Below are positions 1 to 13,090 of a stretch of 64,000 bases of DNA, piece after piece; position 1 is the stretch's first letter; the number at the start of each line of letters is the position of its first letter. The position numbers were made by a program, and so were the translations under genes. Origin of the DNA: Fistulifera solaris. Lineage: Eukaryota. The stretch is taken from positions 1,240,001 to 1,304,000 of the forward strand of contig AP026131.1 in the NCBI GenBank assembly GCA_030295235.1, given 5' to 3'. Below the pieces are notes generated by a model, which worked only from the letters and a program-made list of their open reading frames with translations, had not been told where the DNA came from and made no database searches.

Positions 1-1254
1 GTGGAGATCAAGATGGTGATCGAGCCCGATATGACAGTACCCTTCCAAATATTCCCGTTTTCGTCCAGTTCTCCAAAAATGCGTGGCAGCAGCCCATCTT
101 CTGCCATGGCATGTTGTAGTCTGGGTTGTACGAGAACCTGTACTAGAACCACCAGCGGCAATGTCAAAATTTCGCCCATAGCGGTGAGTTCACCAGCCCA
201 ATCGGCGTGATTGGCATGAAATGCAGTAGGGAACCCCGACACGGAAGATATTTCCCTCCAGTCTTGCATTCCCGTCAAAACGAGAGTCGCAATCATGTAT
301 ATACAGGTAACGAAGACAAGCGTAATGAGGATGGCCAGGGGCATGTCACGCTGCGGTCTCGTGGCTTCGCCCGCCAGGCCACAAACCTGGTCATATCCAA
401 GATAGCTATTTGGCGATACACATCCGTGAGAGTCGATAAACAGAGCATTATGTGTTGGGTTTCATACTTACCCGAAAAAAGTAGACGTGACCCCTCGCAG
501 CATTCCACTAGCACCAAACGGAAACATGGGTCTCCAGTTGGATGGTCGCACATGAAATGAGCCAACGACAATCATAAACATTACCAAACTGACTTTGATG
601 GATGTGATGATGTTGGTGGCGCGCTTGCTTTCTTTGACTCCTTTCAAAACGAGTGCAACCAACATAAGCAGTCGAAATGCAAAAGGCTAGCGGGCTGAGA
701 ATTCCTCCCACGTTGAATAAAGTTCTGAGAGACGATTCCCGGTTCGCTGGGAACGCTTCGAGAAGCCACCACGCTAGTTTATCACCCCAACTTCGGGATA
801 CCGCAGCCCCTGTCGCAATCTATTCGAGACTCAAGCAAATGGCCGCCAAGAATGCTGGCCACTCGCCGACAGCCACGAACGTATAAGAATACGCACTTCC
901 GGAAAGCGGGATGCGTGCCGAAAGCTCCGCGTAGCAGCATCCGGAAATCAAAGCGGCGATTCCGGCTACGGCCCAACTCCAAACGGCGGAAGGACCCGCG
1001 TATTCATGCGCCACGAGACCCGCCAAAACAAACAAACCTGACCCAAATCGTCCCTCCGATACCGATTGCCACCAAGTCCAACAATGACAAGTGCCTCTCG
1101 AGACCACTCTGAACTATATTATCATCGATGCTTTCTCCTAGAAAAGAAAGGGTATTGATTTGCGCGAAAAAGTACTATGTGATCTACGACGTTTGCGAAA
1201 GTCGGGTCGAAGAGCATCGCGTTCCTGGGACGTCTCCTGAATGTGATCAGTCAT
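1..1254 (-). CDS. Cationic amino-acid transporter (APC/CAT family), frameshifted, runs off the window start
   Basis: LERHLSLLDLVAIGIGGTI/GSGLFVLAG...AGPSAVWSW...CYAELSARIPLSGSAYSY, then PFGASGMLRG and QPRLQHAMAEDGLLP, spread over several minus-strand frames. Confidence 0.9.
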
Positions 1255-2727
1255 GAGGACTAATTCTGTTAATTTTCATGTAACCTTCATCGCTTCAGGT
1301 CACCAGCGAGGCGTCAGGAGCCACCGAAACAGGTGTGCTTTCTCTTGTATTATTTAGACGAAGTACCAGTACGGAGTAGTTGGAAATTAGTACCAGTAAC
1401 GAATAGCTTTTTGGATTTGGCAGCAGAACTCGTCTCAAAAGCGCATTTCACGCGTCATGACAACTCTAACCTTATCGCGTCCAGTCCTAAGCAACCTGAA
1501 AGCCTAATCAAAATCTCAACCTCGAATTTACCGATGACCTGAAAACCGCAAATGACCTCACAAAGTGTATCCTCGTACTTCCTGCTATCAGCTCAATACC
1601 AGGTAACTTTAATCTCTTGTAAAAAAGAGCGCTGAGTCTTTTAACATTTCCTAATGTCATATTTCCAATGTCTATCCCCAGACAAATGAATAATGTCCCC
1701 TTAGACTTGATCCTTAGAGCCCAATTAGAAACGGCAAGGAAAAAGGAAACCGTAACGGGTTTCGGTCAATTATTACCAGGTAATGGGGGTCGCGAGTCGC
1801 GAGTCATTGCTTTAAGGGCTAAATGGCGATTTCATACTTACGACTTTGTGACTTGTTACCTACGATGCGATACTTGCGGCTTGCGGCCTTCGTGCTTGCG
1901 GTGAGCTTGCGAAATTTGTAACTCCGCACTCGGTATTCGGCATTAAGTGATTGTCAGTCTACACTCTTGTCTGTAGAGAAGCCTGGCAAAAATCAAGAGT
2001 ACCATAAACAAAAAGTAAAACACAGCCAAACCGAAACCCGAAACCCAAACCACCGATGATATTAGGAAGATTTTTGTTCTGCTTTAATCGCGGTTCCGGA
2101 TGCCTGGTAAGATTTAGACTCCGTTCTCTTTTCATTGAACATTGAAAACGTGTAGCTACTTTGCGCTTAATCGTTGAATGTTGAATGTTGCACACTGGAC
2201 ATGGGACTTTGGGCTTGGCATTAGTAAAAAGATGCAGGCTTAAGGACTACACATTCAATTTATTCTATACTCAGAAACTATATACTATCATACCACGTGC
2301 CGGTGCGGTGGTCTGTGGTCTTTGTCTAGTCTAATTGAAGGACGCCCAACACAATATATATGTGCAGTACTTGGTAGTAGACAAGTTCTCATTTCGTTTC
2401 GCGTCTTTAATGCTGGGTGCTGGTGCTGGGCAACTGATGATGGTTGATGGTTGACGATTGACGATTGACGATTCACAAGAGACTTTATTAACTATCGAAA
2501 CTCTGTGTAGTGTGTAGTGCGTTGTGTGTTGTGCTTAGTCTTAGTCATAGTTCAAGTGCGGAAACGATCAGAAGTCTTTAGCCGCTTAACAATTATACCG
2601 CAAACGCGATTGGGTTTTGGCTAGTGATTGGGTCTTAGAAACGAAGTATCAAAAGCACATCACAAATTATTTACACCGCAGCCCAAAGACTATCACAAAC
2701 GCTGTCCATTCATTCGGATAAACAAAC

Positions 2728-3254
2728 ATGTCTACCTCATTTTCTCCTATCAGTGTTATGAAAGTCATTAATAGCTGGGAAACCGTGCGGCAAAGAACGG
2801 ATTCGACGAGCAGCTCGGCATTGATACGCTGCTCGTCCTTTTCAAGATGGACCCCGGCATCAAGAAAGTTTTTGGATTTCCTGTCGACAAGGAAGTCAAA
2901 GCGCAGGGTATGCAACGAATGGGAATTCTAATTCACGGTCTCCGAATCGTCAAGATGCTTGACGGTATTTTCTCCGTAATGGGTCCTGACGAAGACATAT
3001 TTGCCGAAATTTTGGCAGACATGGGTGAAGAACACTGCCAAATGGGGTTGTCCCCTGAGCATTTCACCCTACTATGTCGTGCCTTTTTGGAAGTAATGGA
3101 AAATATCATGGGCAACGATTGGACTTCTGACATTCGAACTGCTTGGTTTGACGTTATCCAAGTGGTAAACGTTGAGATTGCCAAGAACCTCCAAGCGAAT
3201 ATGGAAAGTGCGCCGTTGTCCTCCAGCGGAGCCGTCGCGATATCCAGCCGATGA
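2728..3254 (+). CDS. Single-domain globin, one frameshift near 2790
   Basis: A-helix VINSWETVR joins LFKMDPGIKKVFGF (CD1 Phe), ILIHGLRIV (E7 His), MGEEHCQMG (F8 His) and WTSDIRTAW. Confidence 0.85.
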
Positions 3255-3611
3255 GCGGTGGATCGCTTAGAAACGTCAGTCTATTTCATTGGATCAGTTC
3301 CGATCCCTAACTTCCCATTCTATTGAAAACAAAAACGAGAGATGCTTGCCCATCCAAATTTACGATCCTAAATAGGCACTGCGAATTAGTAGATCAAAAT
3401 AGTGGAATTCAGTTATGTTATTAGGCATCATCAAGTTGAATTTGCCGTTTCCAGCTAGCAAAGGGTATTTTTACTCGATCATTACCAATATCTCTGAGAT
3501 GAGTGGCTTGTTATTTTGGCGGGCCTTGAATGTACGCATGTGCTGTATAAACGTCATTTCCAAACTTTTGTGACGATGGTTAGCAACGCCGACAGGCGCA
3601 TGCGTGTGCTT

Positions 3612-4682
3612 TTAGCCTGCTGCGTCATCGCATGCTTCGCTGTGGATAGAACCATCGCTTTCGGTGCTACGATCACTCTCTTCCGACTCACAATGGCTCA
3701 TCACGGGTAGAGAATACAGTGCTCTTCGTCGTAATGTGAGCGTGATGGAGTCTCTAATGGGAACACTGTATTTCTCGATCATTTCAGGATGTCGTCTCAA
3801 ATAGTTCTCGGCAAGAATAATGGTTTCTTTTTTAAATCTCTCGAGCTCTGCGTTGGAGATCCATTGTCGCTGAAAGTCGTTTTTAAACTCAATTACGGTG
3901 ATTCGGGGATCGAAAAAACACGATTGCTCCCACACGATGACGGCGGATCGGATTTATTGTTACGAATGCAAACAGGATTGCTTTCTTTCCGGGAAATTGG
4001 TTGATTTTGATGAAGAGTTAATTGATTTGTTTGCGATTCGGTTAATTTCTCAAAGTTTTCATTGGCAGATGTAACGGATTGTTTGTGATAGGTGCTGTGT
4101 CGCAGTATCGACGGTAGCCTTTGCATCGGATAAGCTCCCATGAGACATGCAGCGCTTCCGTCTTCCCGATATAAACGTTTCAAAGGAGTGGGAATTGGTG
4201 GAAGGAACTCATAGCTCGGTGGTAGCTTGACGATAGGTTTGTAACGCTCTCTCGAATCATGTAAAAACTCCGGGGAGGGGAGTGAACCGGCCAAAGTCAA
4301 GTACTTTTCTAGGGCATTGTGTCGGTGAAGATAGTTGTTGGCTTGGAATGGGATTATTTTTGATCACGCCACTGAAAATCCTTCTTCGGTGGCATGGCGT
4401 TTGCTGGTCGTTTTTCTTCTCAATGGGCAGCAATAGAGATAACGATGAGTCTATCAATGGCAGAAGAGGAAAACGTGATGAACTGCCCGCCGTGTCATTT
4501 TTGTCGCGGTTTTTGAGATGATCAGATGGTGGGAGTGATGTTCCACGACGACTTGTTTTGCGTGGTGAAAGTGGAAAATGGAGTGGCATGGTTCCTCTGT
4601 TCTTTCGTTGGTAATCAGAACCATGCACTACAGCAGGATCCATTTCGGATGAATTTTCTTGCAAAGGACTCATGGCAATGAA
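3612..4682 (-). CDS. Hypothetical protein, frameshifted
   Basis: Three overlapping minus ORFs (4257-4706, 3893-4300, 3612-3935) chain together; Ser/Pro-rich N-terminal part and an ordered C-terminus (FDPRITVIEF...RRRALYSLP). Confidence 0.6.
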
Positions 4683-5179
4683 CATTTTTAGTGAGAAGTT
4701 CAACAAAATGTTGCAGATGAGTTATCATATGTCGAGAAATAAGTAATAATGAACCTGACCCAGCTGACACGTGGGCTCGCTTCGTTTTTCCTCAAATCAA
4801 TTTTGCTCTCTCAATGTTTTGATTCTGCTACGACCTGTCTTCGCTTTCGCACATCTTATCAAAGAATGATGCGTGCTATCGTCATAAATGTTTTTTGAAG
4901 TCACTCGCTGGAAGGGTGACGGCTTCGGAGGAGTTCTGCATTGGTTGCATTCTGCGAAAAAGTACTATATGTTTTAGAGTACAAGAACAGCGTGTTCGGT
5001 TTGCGAGTTCGCATTCGCGGCTCATCTTTTGTTCTTCTTCGCGTTTGTTCTCGCGTTCCTCTATTCCAAATGGTGTGCTTTTACGCTCCGACAATGTCTT
5101 CCTCGCGCGTCCGAAGAAACCCTATTTCGATTATAAAATGACGTTCCGGAATAGCGATAGTGAGGGCGATGGCTTCCAC

Positions 5180-7132
5180 CTACAATTCCTCGTCTCCTGC
5201 CCAATTTGCAAGCGGTGATGATTTCTTCTTTTGGTTTTCACGACTGAACTCTTCGCTTTCTTGTTCCGCAATCGCCTTGTTGATGATTTGAATATAGGAC
5301 TCGTACCTCGATCGAGCCGCAGCAACGCGTTCTCCCGAGTCTTGTGACGACGATGATTCTTCCAAGACGGCGGGCCAATACTTTTGCCACAATTGCATGG
5401 CACCCGTCATGGTGAATGGACATTGCAACGCGTCCACCAAGTGCTGCTCAAACTTCAAGTATTGATGCTGTTGCAACGTAACATGCGCGTACTGGTAGTG
5501 CACATCACAAAATGTGGGATCGTACTTGTGGGCTTCCGAAATGTGCAGCAAACTTTTTGTGAGATTCCACTGTTCCGGATATAAACCCGAGTATATTTTA
5601 CTAATTTCCAAGTGAGCTTTGGCAAACCGTGGACAGGTTTTTAAGCTCGAGTCGAGCAGGGACAAAGAATCCATCCATTCCAGACTGCGATTGTAAACAC
5701 GTCGGTACATGACAAGGAGAACGACCCCTATCAAAAATCGCTTTTCAATTCGACTCAAGTATGCGGATGAAGTAGAAGATCCCGTTCGTTGCAGCCACAT
5801 CCAAGCCAGCCACCCGTAACAGAGACACGTGGAAACACTCGCCGCCACGACGATTCGGTCGGATACAAAGGTCCCCACTTTGACAATGCCCGAGATGGGG
5901 AACAGTGTGGTCATCCACGCGACGTGCACCACATACCACCAAAAGAAGGTCGAAAACGGTCGGAACACAGCCACCAGACCCACGCCGCCGTACATTACCA
6001 CCACACCCAGAGGTATCCAGAGACGTGCATCGTCCCAATATACAATGGGCCGTATGCATTCGTGTCCGTATTCGTGAGAGAACCCGACCCAATCAAAATC
6101 CCACGCTTTGCCCACATGTAGCGCCACCACATAGGCATAACTCCGCACACGATCCCATCCCTTCAAAACAAAAAATGGATTTTCAGCGGGTCGGATCAGT
6201 CCATCGGGTATGGACAATGTATCGAAATAATAGCGCGCACCGTAATAAATGAAACCACTCGATAATAGAAATCCCACGCGTCGTAGTACTTGGGGCAGTA
6301 GTTGGATGCACTGCTCTCGTCGCCAATTCGTCTCGGAACCTGTGTCTTGTTGTCGCATCCGGATGTGCGTGAGGGCCGTCAGTGTGACGGCCGACGGCAC
6401 AACTTGAAACAAAAATGTTTCCGAGGACAAATATCCCATCACGACGACGAATACGAACAGCAGCCAGGACAATTGCGGATCGGACGCCGTGACACTGCAC
6501 AAGACAGCCAACAAATGACCCCGATTGGCAGCATTCGCCGTGACTTCGACGTGCGTTGGATGCAGCAGGAACAGGACTTTGACCAAGATGCGAAAGGACG
6601 GAAGTCTCACAAACCGAGATGCGAGTACGGATACCGTATCCGCCGTTGCCGCATGAATCAAAATGTTAATGAAGCGATGTGCCTCTAAATCCGGAATCCA
6701 TGCGGGTCCTTTGCCGTACCGAAAGGACAAGACCGTCAGAGGTCTCCAACTTTTGTGACTACTGGACGACTGCATCGGACGTCCCCAATAATCATTCGAA
6801 AAGATTGTGGTCCAAGTGGATTCCCCATTAACATCTTGATTGTCGGGTGACATAATATGCAATTCATCCAGAACGGGATCGCGATGTAAATTATGTCGCG
6901 ATGTCACAAAGACGGGGACGATGTAGGTCGCCCCGCCCAGTAGGTGCAGGAAAAGCCACATGATTCGGTGTTTCCATCGTCCGCTGCGTTGCATTTGTTT
7001 TCTATCAAAATCTTTTTTATATGTTAGCGTTTCAGTTTGAATTTGAAATCTGTTGATGGCGCAAACGAAAGAATAAAGAAATGCAAATAAAATAATATAA
7101 CATGATAACGTGCTCATCGCCTTGCGACGCAA
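5180..7132 (-). CDS. TMTC-family (DUF1736) protein O-mannosyltransferase-like membrane protein
   Basis: NDYWGRPMQSSSSHKSWRPLTVLSFR signature, LFLLHPTHVE, KVGTFVSDR, multiple TM segments, short TPR-like tail, C-terminal DEEL; true start may lie downstream of 7132. Confidence 0.85.
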   Translation of the reverse strand: MRRKAMSTLSCYIILFAFLYSFVCAINRFQIQTETLTYKKDFDRKQMQRSGRWKHRIMWLFLHLLGGATYIVPVFVTSRHNLHRDPVLDELHIMSPDNQDVNGESTWTTIFSNDYWGRPMQSSSSHKSWRPLTVLSFRYGKGPAWIPDLEAHRFINILIHAATADTVSVLASRFVRLPSFRILVKVLFLLHPTHVEVTANAANRGHLLAVLCSVTASDPQLSWLLFVFVVVMGYLSSETFLFQVVPSAVTLTALTHIRMRQQDTGSETNWRREQCIQLLPQVLRRVGFLLSSGFIYYGARYYFDTLSIPDGLIRPAENPFFVLKGWDRVRSYAYVVALHVGKAWDFDWVGFSHEYGHECIRPIVYWDDARLWIPLGVVVMYGGVGLVAVFRPFSTFFWWYVVHVAWMTTLFPISGIVKVGTFVSDRIVVAASVSTCLCYGWLAWMWLQRTGSSTSSAYLSRIEKRFLIGVVLLVMYRRVYNRSLEWMDSLSLLDSSLKTCPRFAKAHLEISKIYSGLYPEQWNLTKSLLHISEAHKYDPTFCDVHYQYAHVTLQQHQYLKFEQHLVDALQCPFTMTGAMQLWQKYWPAVLEESSSSQDSGERVAAARSRYESYIQIINKAIAEQESEEFSRENQKKKSSPLANWAGDEEL

Positions 7133-7616
7133 TAAAATGCATCGCTCGGTGCACGAAGCTTTACTATAATCGAAAATGTAGTCTTTAGGACGTATGAACC
7201 GGGACGGAGTGCATGTTCGATCCCGGAAAGCTTGGACGATCTTCGTTATATTCCATCATGAATCGATGCACTTCACATAAAGACACTAATTTTTGACCCA
7301 AGCACGTCTACAATTGCGAAATCCCATTAGGATGGTATAAATGCTATAAACAATGTTTGGGAAGTCATCAGCATTGTTTGCTCCATAAATGGATATTTTG
7401 TTGAAGCCGATGATGATTCGTCCAACGACTCAAATCACTGCAGTCACGGATAGATTGCATCTACTCCAGTACCGCACCGACACAAAGTAATATTTTAATT
7501 AGACATGCATTTCCCACCACTGAATAATTACGAAAGAAGCTTGTTGTTGTTAAAGAGAAAGCATCGTGTCGATTGCTCTTTTCAATTCATCCGTATTTTC
7601 ATTCCATCTTTAAAAC

Positions 7617-10572
7617 ATGAACGACGACGACACGAGCTGTGCCGAAGAAGACATTCGGGCCGCTCCGTCCCTTTACACACGCTCGACGTATTATCGACCC
7701 ACGATGAAACGCGGCAAAATTCTGAAGCAGGTCACGGAACGTTACTTGCGCGATGATTTGGGATACGGATGTTATTACAAAGATACCAGTACCGACAATC
7801 GCATCGATCGTGTCCACGGAACGCCACAGATCATTGCTTCTCTGCCAGAATTGCAACGTCTGTTGAAACCTTCGCAACCGGTCGTCGTCGTCGACACGAA
7901 TGTGTTGTTGCACCAAATGGATGTTTTGCAACAAGCTCCAATACCGAATATCGTAGTACCTCAAACCGCGCTCGAGGAGTGTCGGAATCATCGCATGGTC
8001 ATTTACGATCAAACCGTCGATTTACTGCGATCCATTCACCCCAATAGATGCACGATTTTCTTTCCGGATCCGTATCATACCGCCACGTCCGTGGAAGAGC
8101 AAGCAGGCCTTTCACCGAATGATCTCAACGATGAACGGATTCGTCGAGTGGCGGAATTTTACGGAAAATCCTTGCCGGGTGTGTCCGTCATCTTTCTGAC
8201 GGACGATGTGGCTTCGCGCGAGAAAGCCTCCTCGCGCTCCTACCAGGCCATGTCGGTACGACAGTACGTCCAAGTACTCGAACAAACCCATCCGGGATTG
8301 TCCTTATCGGATTTGGTGGCGGCACAGACTTCGGTATTGTCGTCCCATGAAGAGGACGACGAAGCTCCTTTGTTTGAGACGCATCTCGAGGCGACGGCCT
8401 TGTCACGGGGCATTCAATCGGGGAAATTGTATCGGGGTGTCTTACGTTCCTCCGATTGGAACACGGCGCATGTCACGATCCGTCGGGGAGACGAACGCGT
8501 CGCCGTCACGATCCAAGGAGATTGGGATCGGAATCGAGCGGTGGATGGAGACGTGGTGGCCATTGCGTTGCATCCGCTCACGAAATGGATTTCTTCCGCG
8601 GCAGTACTGTCATTGGTGAAGGACACACCTTCCGCAGGAATTGCGAGTGAAACCGCGGAACCCACCTTGGCGGAAATGAGCAACGTGCGCGATACCATTG
8701 CCGTAGAACAGGGCGAACTTCGTCCTACAGGAAAAGTAGTGGGGATCGTGCGCCGCAACTTTGAGAATCAAAGTGGTTCAATTTTACGAAATCATCCGGG
8801 AAGGCGGATTCCGAACAAGAAAAAATTGCGGCACAGATGGAACGTGAGAATCCGGATGGCACGGCGACGTGCGTCTTTTTCCAGTCAATAAGAAAATCCC
8901 TCCCGTCTTGCTTCGGACCACCCAACGCGATCGGCTGCTCGGACAGCGAATCGTGGTATCCTTGGATTCGTGGCCGGCCACTTCTCGTTATCCCTTGGGT
9001 CATTATGTCCGAACCATTGGACCGACCGGCGATAAAGATGTGGAAACGGAGGTTTTGTTGCAGCAGCATGATATTCCGCATGAACCCTTCCCCGCTGCTG
9101 TTCTGGCCTGTCTTCCTCCGGAAGATTACAAAATCAGTGCCGAGAATAGTCCTGGTCGTGTCGATTTGCGCCATCTGCCGGTCTTGTCCATTGATCCACC
9201 GGGTTGCAAAGACATTGATGACGCACTGCATTGCCTTGTCCTACCCAATGGTAATTATCAAGTGGGTGTCCACATTGCGGATGTAACACACTACGTCAAA
9301 CCAGGAACAGCTATGGATTTGGAAGCGGCCAACCGATCGACTTCTACCTACTTGGTCAACAAGCGATTGGATATGTTGCCGGCCCTATTGACGACCGATC
9401 TTTGCTCGCTGAAATGCAATGTTGACCGGTATGCATTCTCTGTGTTGTGGGAGGTTTCACCGGATGGGAATATTATTCAGGTTGACTTTCAAAAATCGAT
9501 TATTCATTCTATCGCAGCATTGACATATCAGCAAGCGCAGTCGTTTATCGATCAGCCAGATGATCCTGCTGATATACAGGCGTGCGCTGTCAAGAGGCTC
9601 GCCGTGTTGGCTCGCAAATTTCGGCAACGTCGTATTGACGCCGGTGCTTTGACATTAGCTTCCCCCCGAAGTCAAGTTTGTGCTGGATAGTGAATCTCTA
9701 AATCCAACGGATGTTCAGGCTTATGCTTTACTTGAGGCCAACGCACTGGTTGAGGAGTTTATGTTGCTGGCGAATGTGACTGTCGCTAAGAGAATTTTAC
9801 GACAATATCCCACGCTATCTGTTCTCCGTAGACACCCTGCTCCCAATCGCTCCATGTTTGATCCCTTGATCAGCAAAGCACAGTCGATAGGTCTCAGCAT
9901 TAATATTGAAGATTCTAAAAAGCTGGCGGATTCCTTGGATGCCGCCCAAGTGAAATCGGATCCCTACATCAACAAACTGCTCCGCATTCTCTCGACACGA
10001 TGCATGTCACCCGCCCAGTATTTTTGTTCCGGTGAATTGCGAGCCTCCGAATGGCACCACTATGGGTTGGCGGCACCGGTGTATACACACTTTACGTCGC
10101 CCATTCGTCGGTACGCCGATGTCTGTGTGCATCGTTTGTTGGCGGCCTCCATCAACGTCGCTCCACTGCCGCAGCATTTGTCGTCCAAGTCTTACCTGCA
10201 CGATCTGTGCGCCAACATGAATCGACGCCATCGTGCGGCACAATTGGCCGAAGTCGCGCCAGTGTGCAACTGCACACCTTGATTTATTTTTCGGGAGATG
10301 GCGCCAAAGAAGAAGATGCCTACGTGCTGGACGTCGACACGGACCAAGGCAGCGATCCATCGTTTACGGTCATGGTGCCGCGGTACGGTATTGAAGGCCG
10401 CGTTCGACTGGATGTTGCGGAAGCCGAGCGATTCCCGGAGGAACATCGCATTGCTTGGGTGGGTAAAACGAAGTCGTGTTCGGTCAAAGTATTCGACAAG
10501 GTGAGAGTACGATTGAGTGTTCGCGAATTACAAGGAGACCAGCGCGAACTCGCGATTGATTTTATTGAGTGA
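7617..10572 (+). CDS. DIS3: Exosome catalytic subunit DIS3/RRP44 (PIN-CSD-RNB-S1), frameshifted
   Basis: VTERYLRDDLGYG, PIN VVVDTNVLLHQMD, NRAVDGDVV, RNB SIDPPGCKDIDDALH, YTHFTSPIRRYAD, S1 VMVPRYGIEG; frame changes near 8.8, 9.67 and 10.25 kb. Confidence 0.95.
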
Positions 10573-10979
10573 GAAATGTAAAAAAGTTACATAATGGATG
10601 CGAGTATTCTGTATGCTAGAGACTTGCACTTTCGTTAGGATGATTGTTGCTAAGGTTACCAGGTAAGATGCATTCATGCGACCTTAGCGTGAACGTCAGA
10701 CCGTCGCTCGTTTTAAGTAGTAGCGCAGCGATTCCTACACGGACTTTGCTACGACGAAATATTCAAATGCGGACGAACGTTGTTGATTTTTTTGACACAC
10801 ATACGTGCGGGCGACCATGGCCACGATAGGGCGGCGGTCACCCGCTGCTCGACGGATGAATGAATAGCCGACATTTGCCTTTCGAATGATCGTTTTCTCC
10901 GTAGTAAAGACGAAAGAAAATTTGAGCTGTCTAATTGGGATCGCGTTTTGCTTTTAACAAGTTATCAACTCAACAAAAA

Positions 10980-12973
10980 ATGTCGGCGGAAGACTCCTCG
11001 TCCTCGGGGGACTCTTGCGTTGATATACAAAACAATTTAAAAGTAAACTATACTAGAGATACTGCCGGCGACGAAGATGACGGCGGCTCGACTTCATCTG
11101 ACAGCAACGATGGTGACAGCGATGATAGTGATTCCGGCAAGAGCGACGACGATAAATCTCGGGGTGAAGAGAATACTTTTATCGTAAAGAAAACGAATCA
11201 TTTGCCTTTGATGAAGTTACCGCTCGCTCGCCCGTCACCTCCAACTTTGGGCGGCCAACATCCCAATATGAGAATCAAGCTCAAACTACCTACAAAAGCC
11301 AATGCACCTTCCAGAAAAGAGGCTACCAGCGAAAGCGACGAAGATATCAAGGCGACCGTGGTGGAAAGCGATGACGAAGAAGCGGTGACAGCCGTGGTAG
11401 CCGTGGACGAATCATCGACGACTCCCAAACCCACGCCGTCTTTGAAACCCACCAAACGGCGATCGATTCATCCTACCAAACCAATTAAAATGCCTCCCTT
11501 ACAATCACCAGGACTTCTCATGATACCACCCAATCACGCGAATGGAGTCAAAGGCACGGGGTTGTCTTCCTCGATACCGTCGTATACGATCCATAAAGAT
11601 GGCTTTACGACACCGGCCTCGGTGTTTGAAGAGACCATGAAACTGGCCGGATATACCTACGAACGAAGATCGCAAGTGCCTCATCGTGGTTCCAGTGTGG
11701 AACGAGTCGTGGATGATATGTTCGACAGCAACGTCTTTTTTAGCATTACACGTTCCTCCATTGGTACCGCCCGGTCTGTTTGCTTCAGAGCATTCGGAAG
11801 TTGCCAGCGACGAGCAGGAAAGGAACCACTTGGTGCAGTCTATGATCGACGCGTTGAAACCAGTCGCAAATAGGCAACAGCCCGTCGATGAAAAGTCGTC
11901 TCGGAAACGAAAACGACCACTGTCATTTCGTGACATGATGCCGGTATCGCTGACCATAAATTATCCTCAGGATTATGTCGAAAAAGGAAAGCGTACATTC
12001 AGCAGGTTCATGAGAGAGAACGTGCTATTGTCGCGTTCCAAGAAGCGGAAGAGCTGGAGGAGTTGCCGTCGGAAATATCAGCGAAACAAAAGATCCCGCC
12101 GATCCCCATTCCACCGTCGCCACCTCGCTTATCGGAATGCACAATGGATGACAGTGACTACCAAAAACTGTTGAACGAGGATGCACATCCCCTTTACATC
12201 CCCAAGGGCAGAGAGAGATGTGTAGCGCATTTGGACGAGAAGTGTTTCCATATCACCAACGGTCGCTACTTTGGCTTGGCTTCCAACTTGATAGCGGATC
12301 CCAACTTTGTGGGTCCGAATGCACCGGGAATTGCGGGGGTGAGTGCGTCGGCCGGTGCCGGCTTGGCGACATCGACGTCTGGAACGACGGCGACTACTTT
12401 GACAGCTTCTTCCTTCCAAAATATGACGGATGAAAAGTGGAAGTCCAGCGAAAGTCACTCGACACTTCAACCAAGAAGAATGGTCCGCAGAAAGCTTCCG
12501 ACGGAACGACTGGAGCACGAAGTGTTTCCGGATCTAAGTCAATGAGCAGTGAGAATGAAGTCAAAAAAGGAAAAGAAGCTGGAGAGGGAGTCACAGATTC
12601 CACTCGTACGGAAATCATCAAAGCAGCGGTTCACGCCGCTCGCACCAATCAACACGGTCAAGCCTTCCACGCGCCCAATGGACAAAGGTTTCCGGATGTC
12701 AGTAAAGCGTTTGCCTTATATGCAGGAATCAAACCGTGTGAACGATGCAAAAACAACAAACAAGGGGTACGTTCATCTTTTCGTCTACTCTCGACGATCC
12801 TTGACTTGTACTCATAATGCTTGCCGCTCATTTTACAGCCATATTTATGCCGCTTGCGACGACAACACACGGAACCGGATTACGATGGAGGGTCCACGTC
12901 ACTCCAGCTGAAACCCTACTTTGAGGCCCCACTGGAGTCATTGCTGTCGCAACCGATGGATGAAAGCAAATAA
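10980..12973 (+). CDS. Hypothetical protein with an acidic N-terminus and a C-terminal Cys/His motif; frameshifted; intron 12767-12838
   Basis: Chained ORFs 10935-11873, 11686-12174, 12063-12545 and 12437-12817; a GT..AG splice gives KPCERCKNNKQG|PYLCRLRRQH ending at TAA 12971-12973. Confidence 0.65.
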
Positions 12974-13090
12974 TGAAAAGCGTTTGGTCCCTGTAATAGA
13001 GACGAATGTAAGATGTCTCCGACAACTATGTAACATAATATTATTACAAAATAAATGGAATAGTCTAAACAAGAATATGCTCTTCGTGCA

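Noticed and set aside
7199..7226. GTTCGATCCC inside a CCGGGA...TCCCGG hairpin as a tRNA
   Set aside because: No acceptor stem, D arm or anticodon arm can be built
7617..10572. Pseudogene status or programmed frameshifting in DIS3, RAD50, ACOX and others
   Set aside because: Conserved housekeeping genes with intact motifs; several breaks fall in short homopolymers, typical of long-read error
10828..10850. GC-rich hairpin GGGCGGCGG-tcac-CCGCTGCTC as a terminator
   Set aside because: Eukaryotic context, no U-tract, and short enough to be chance
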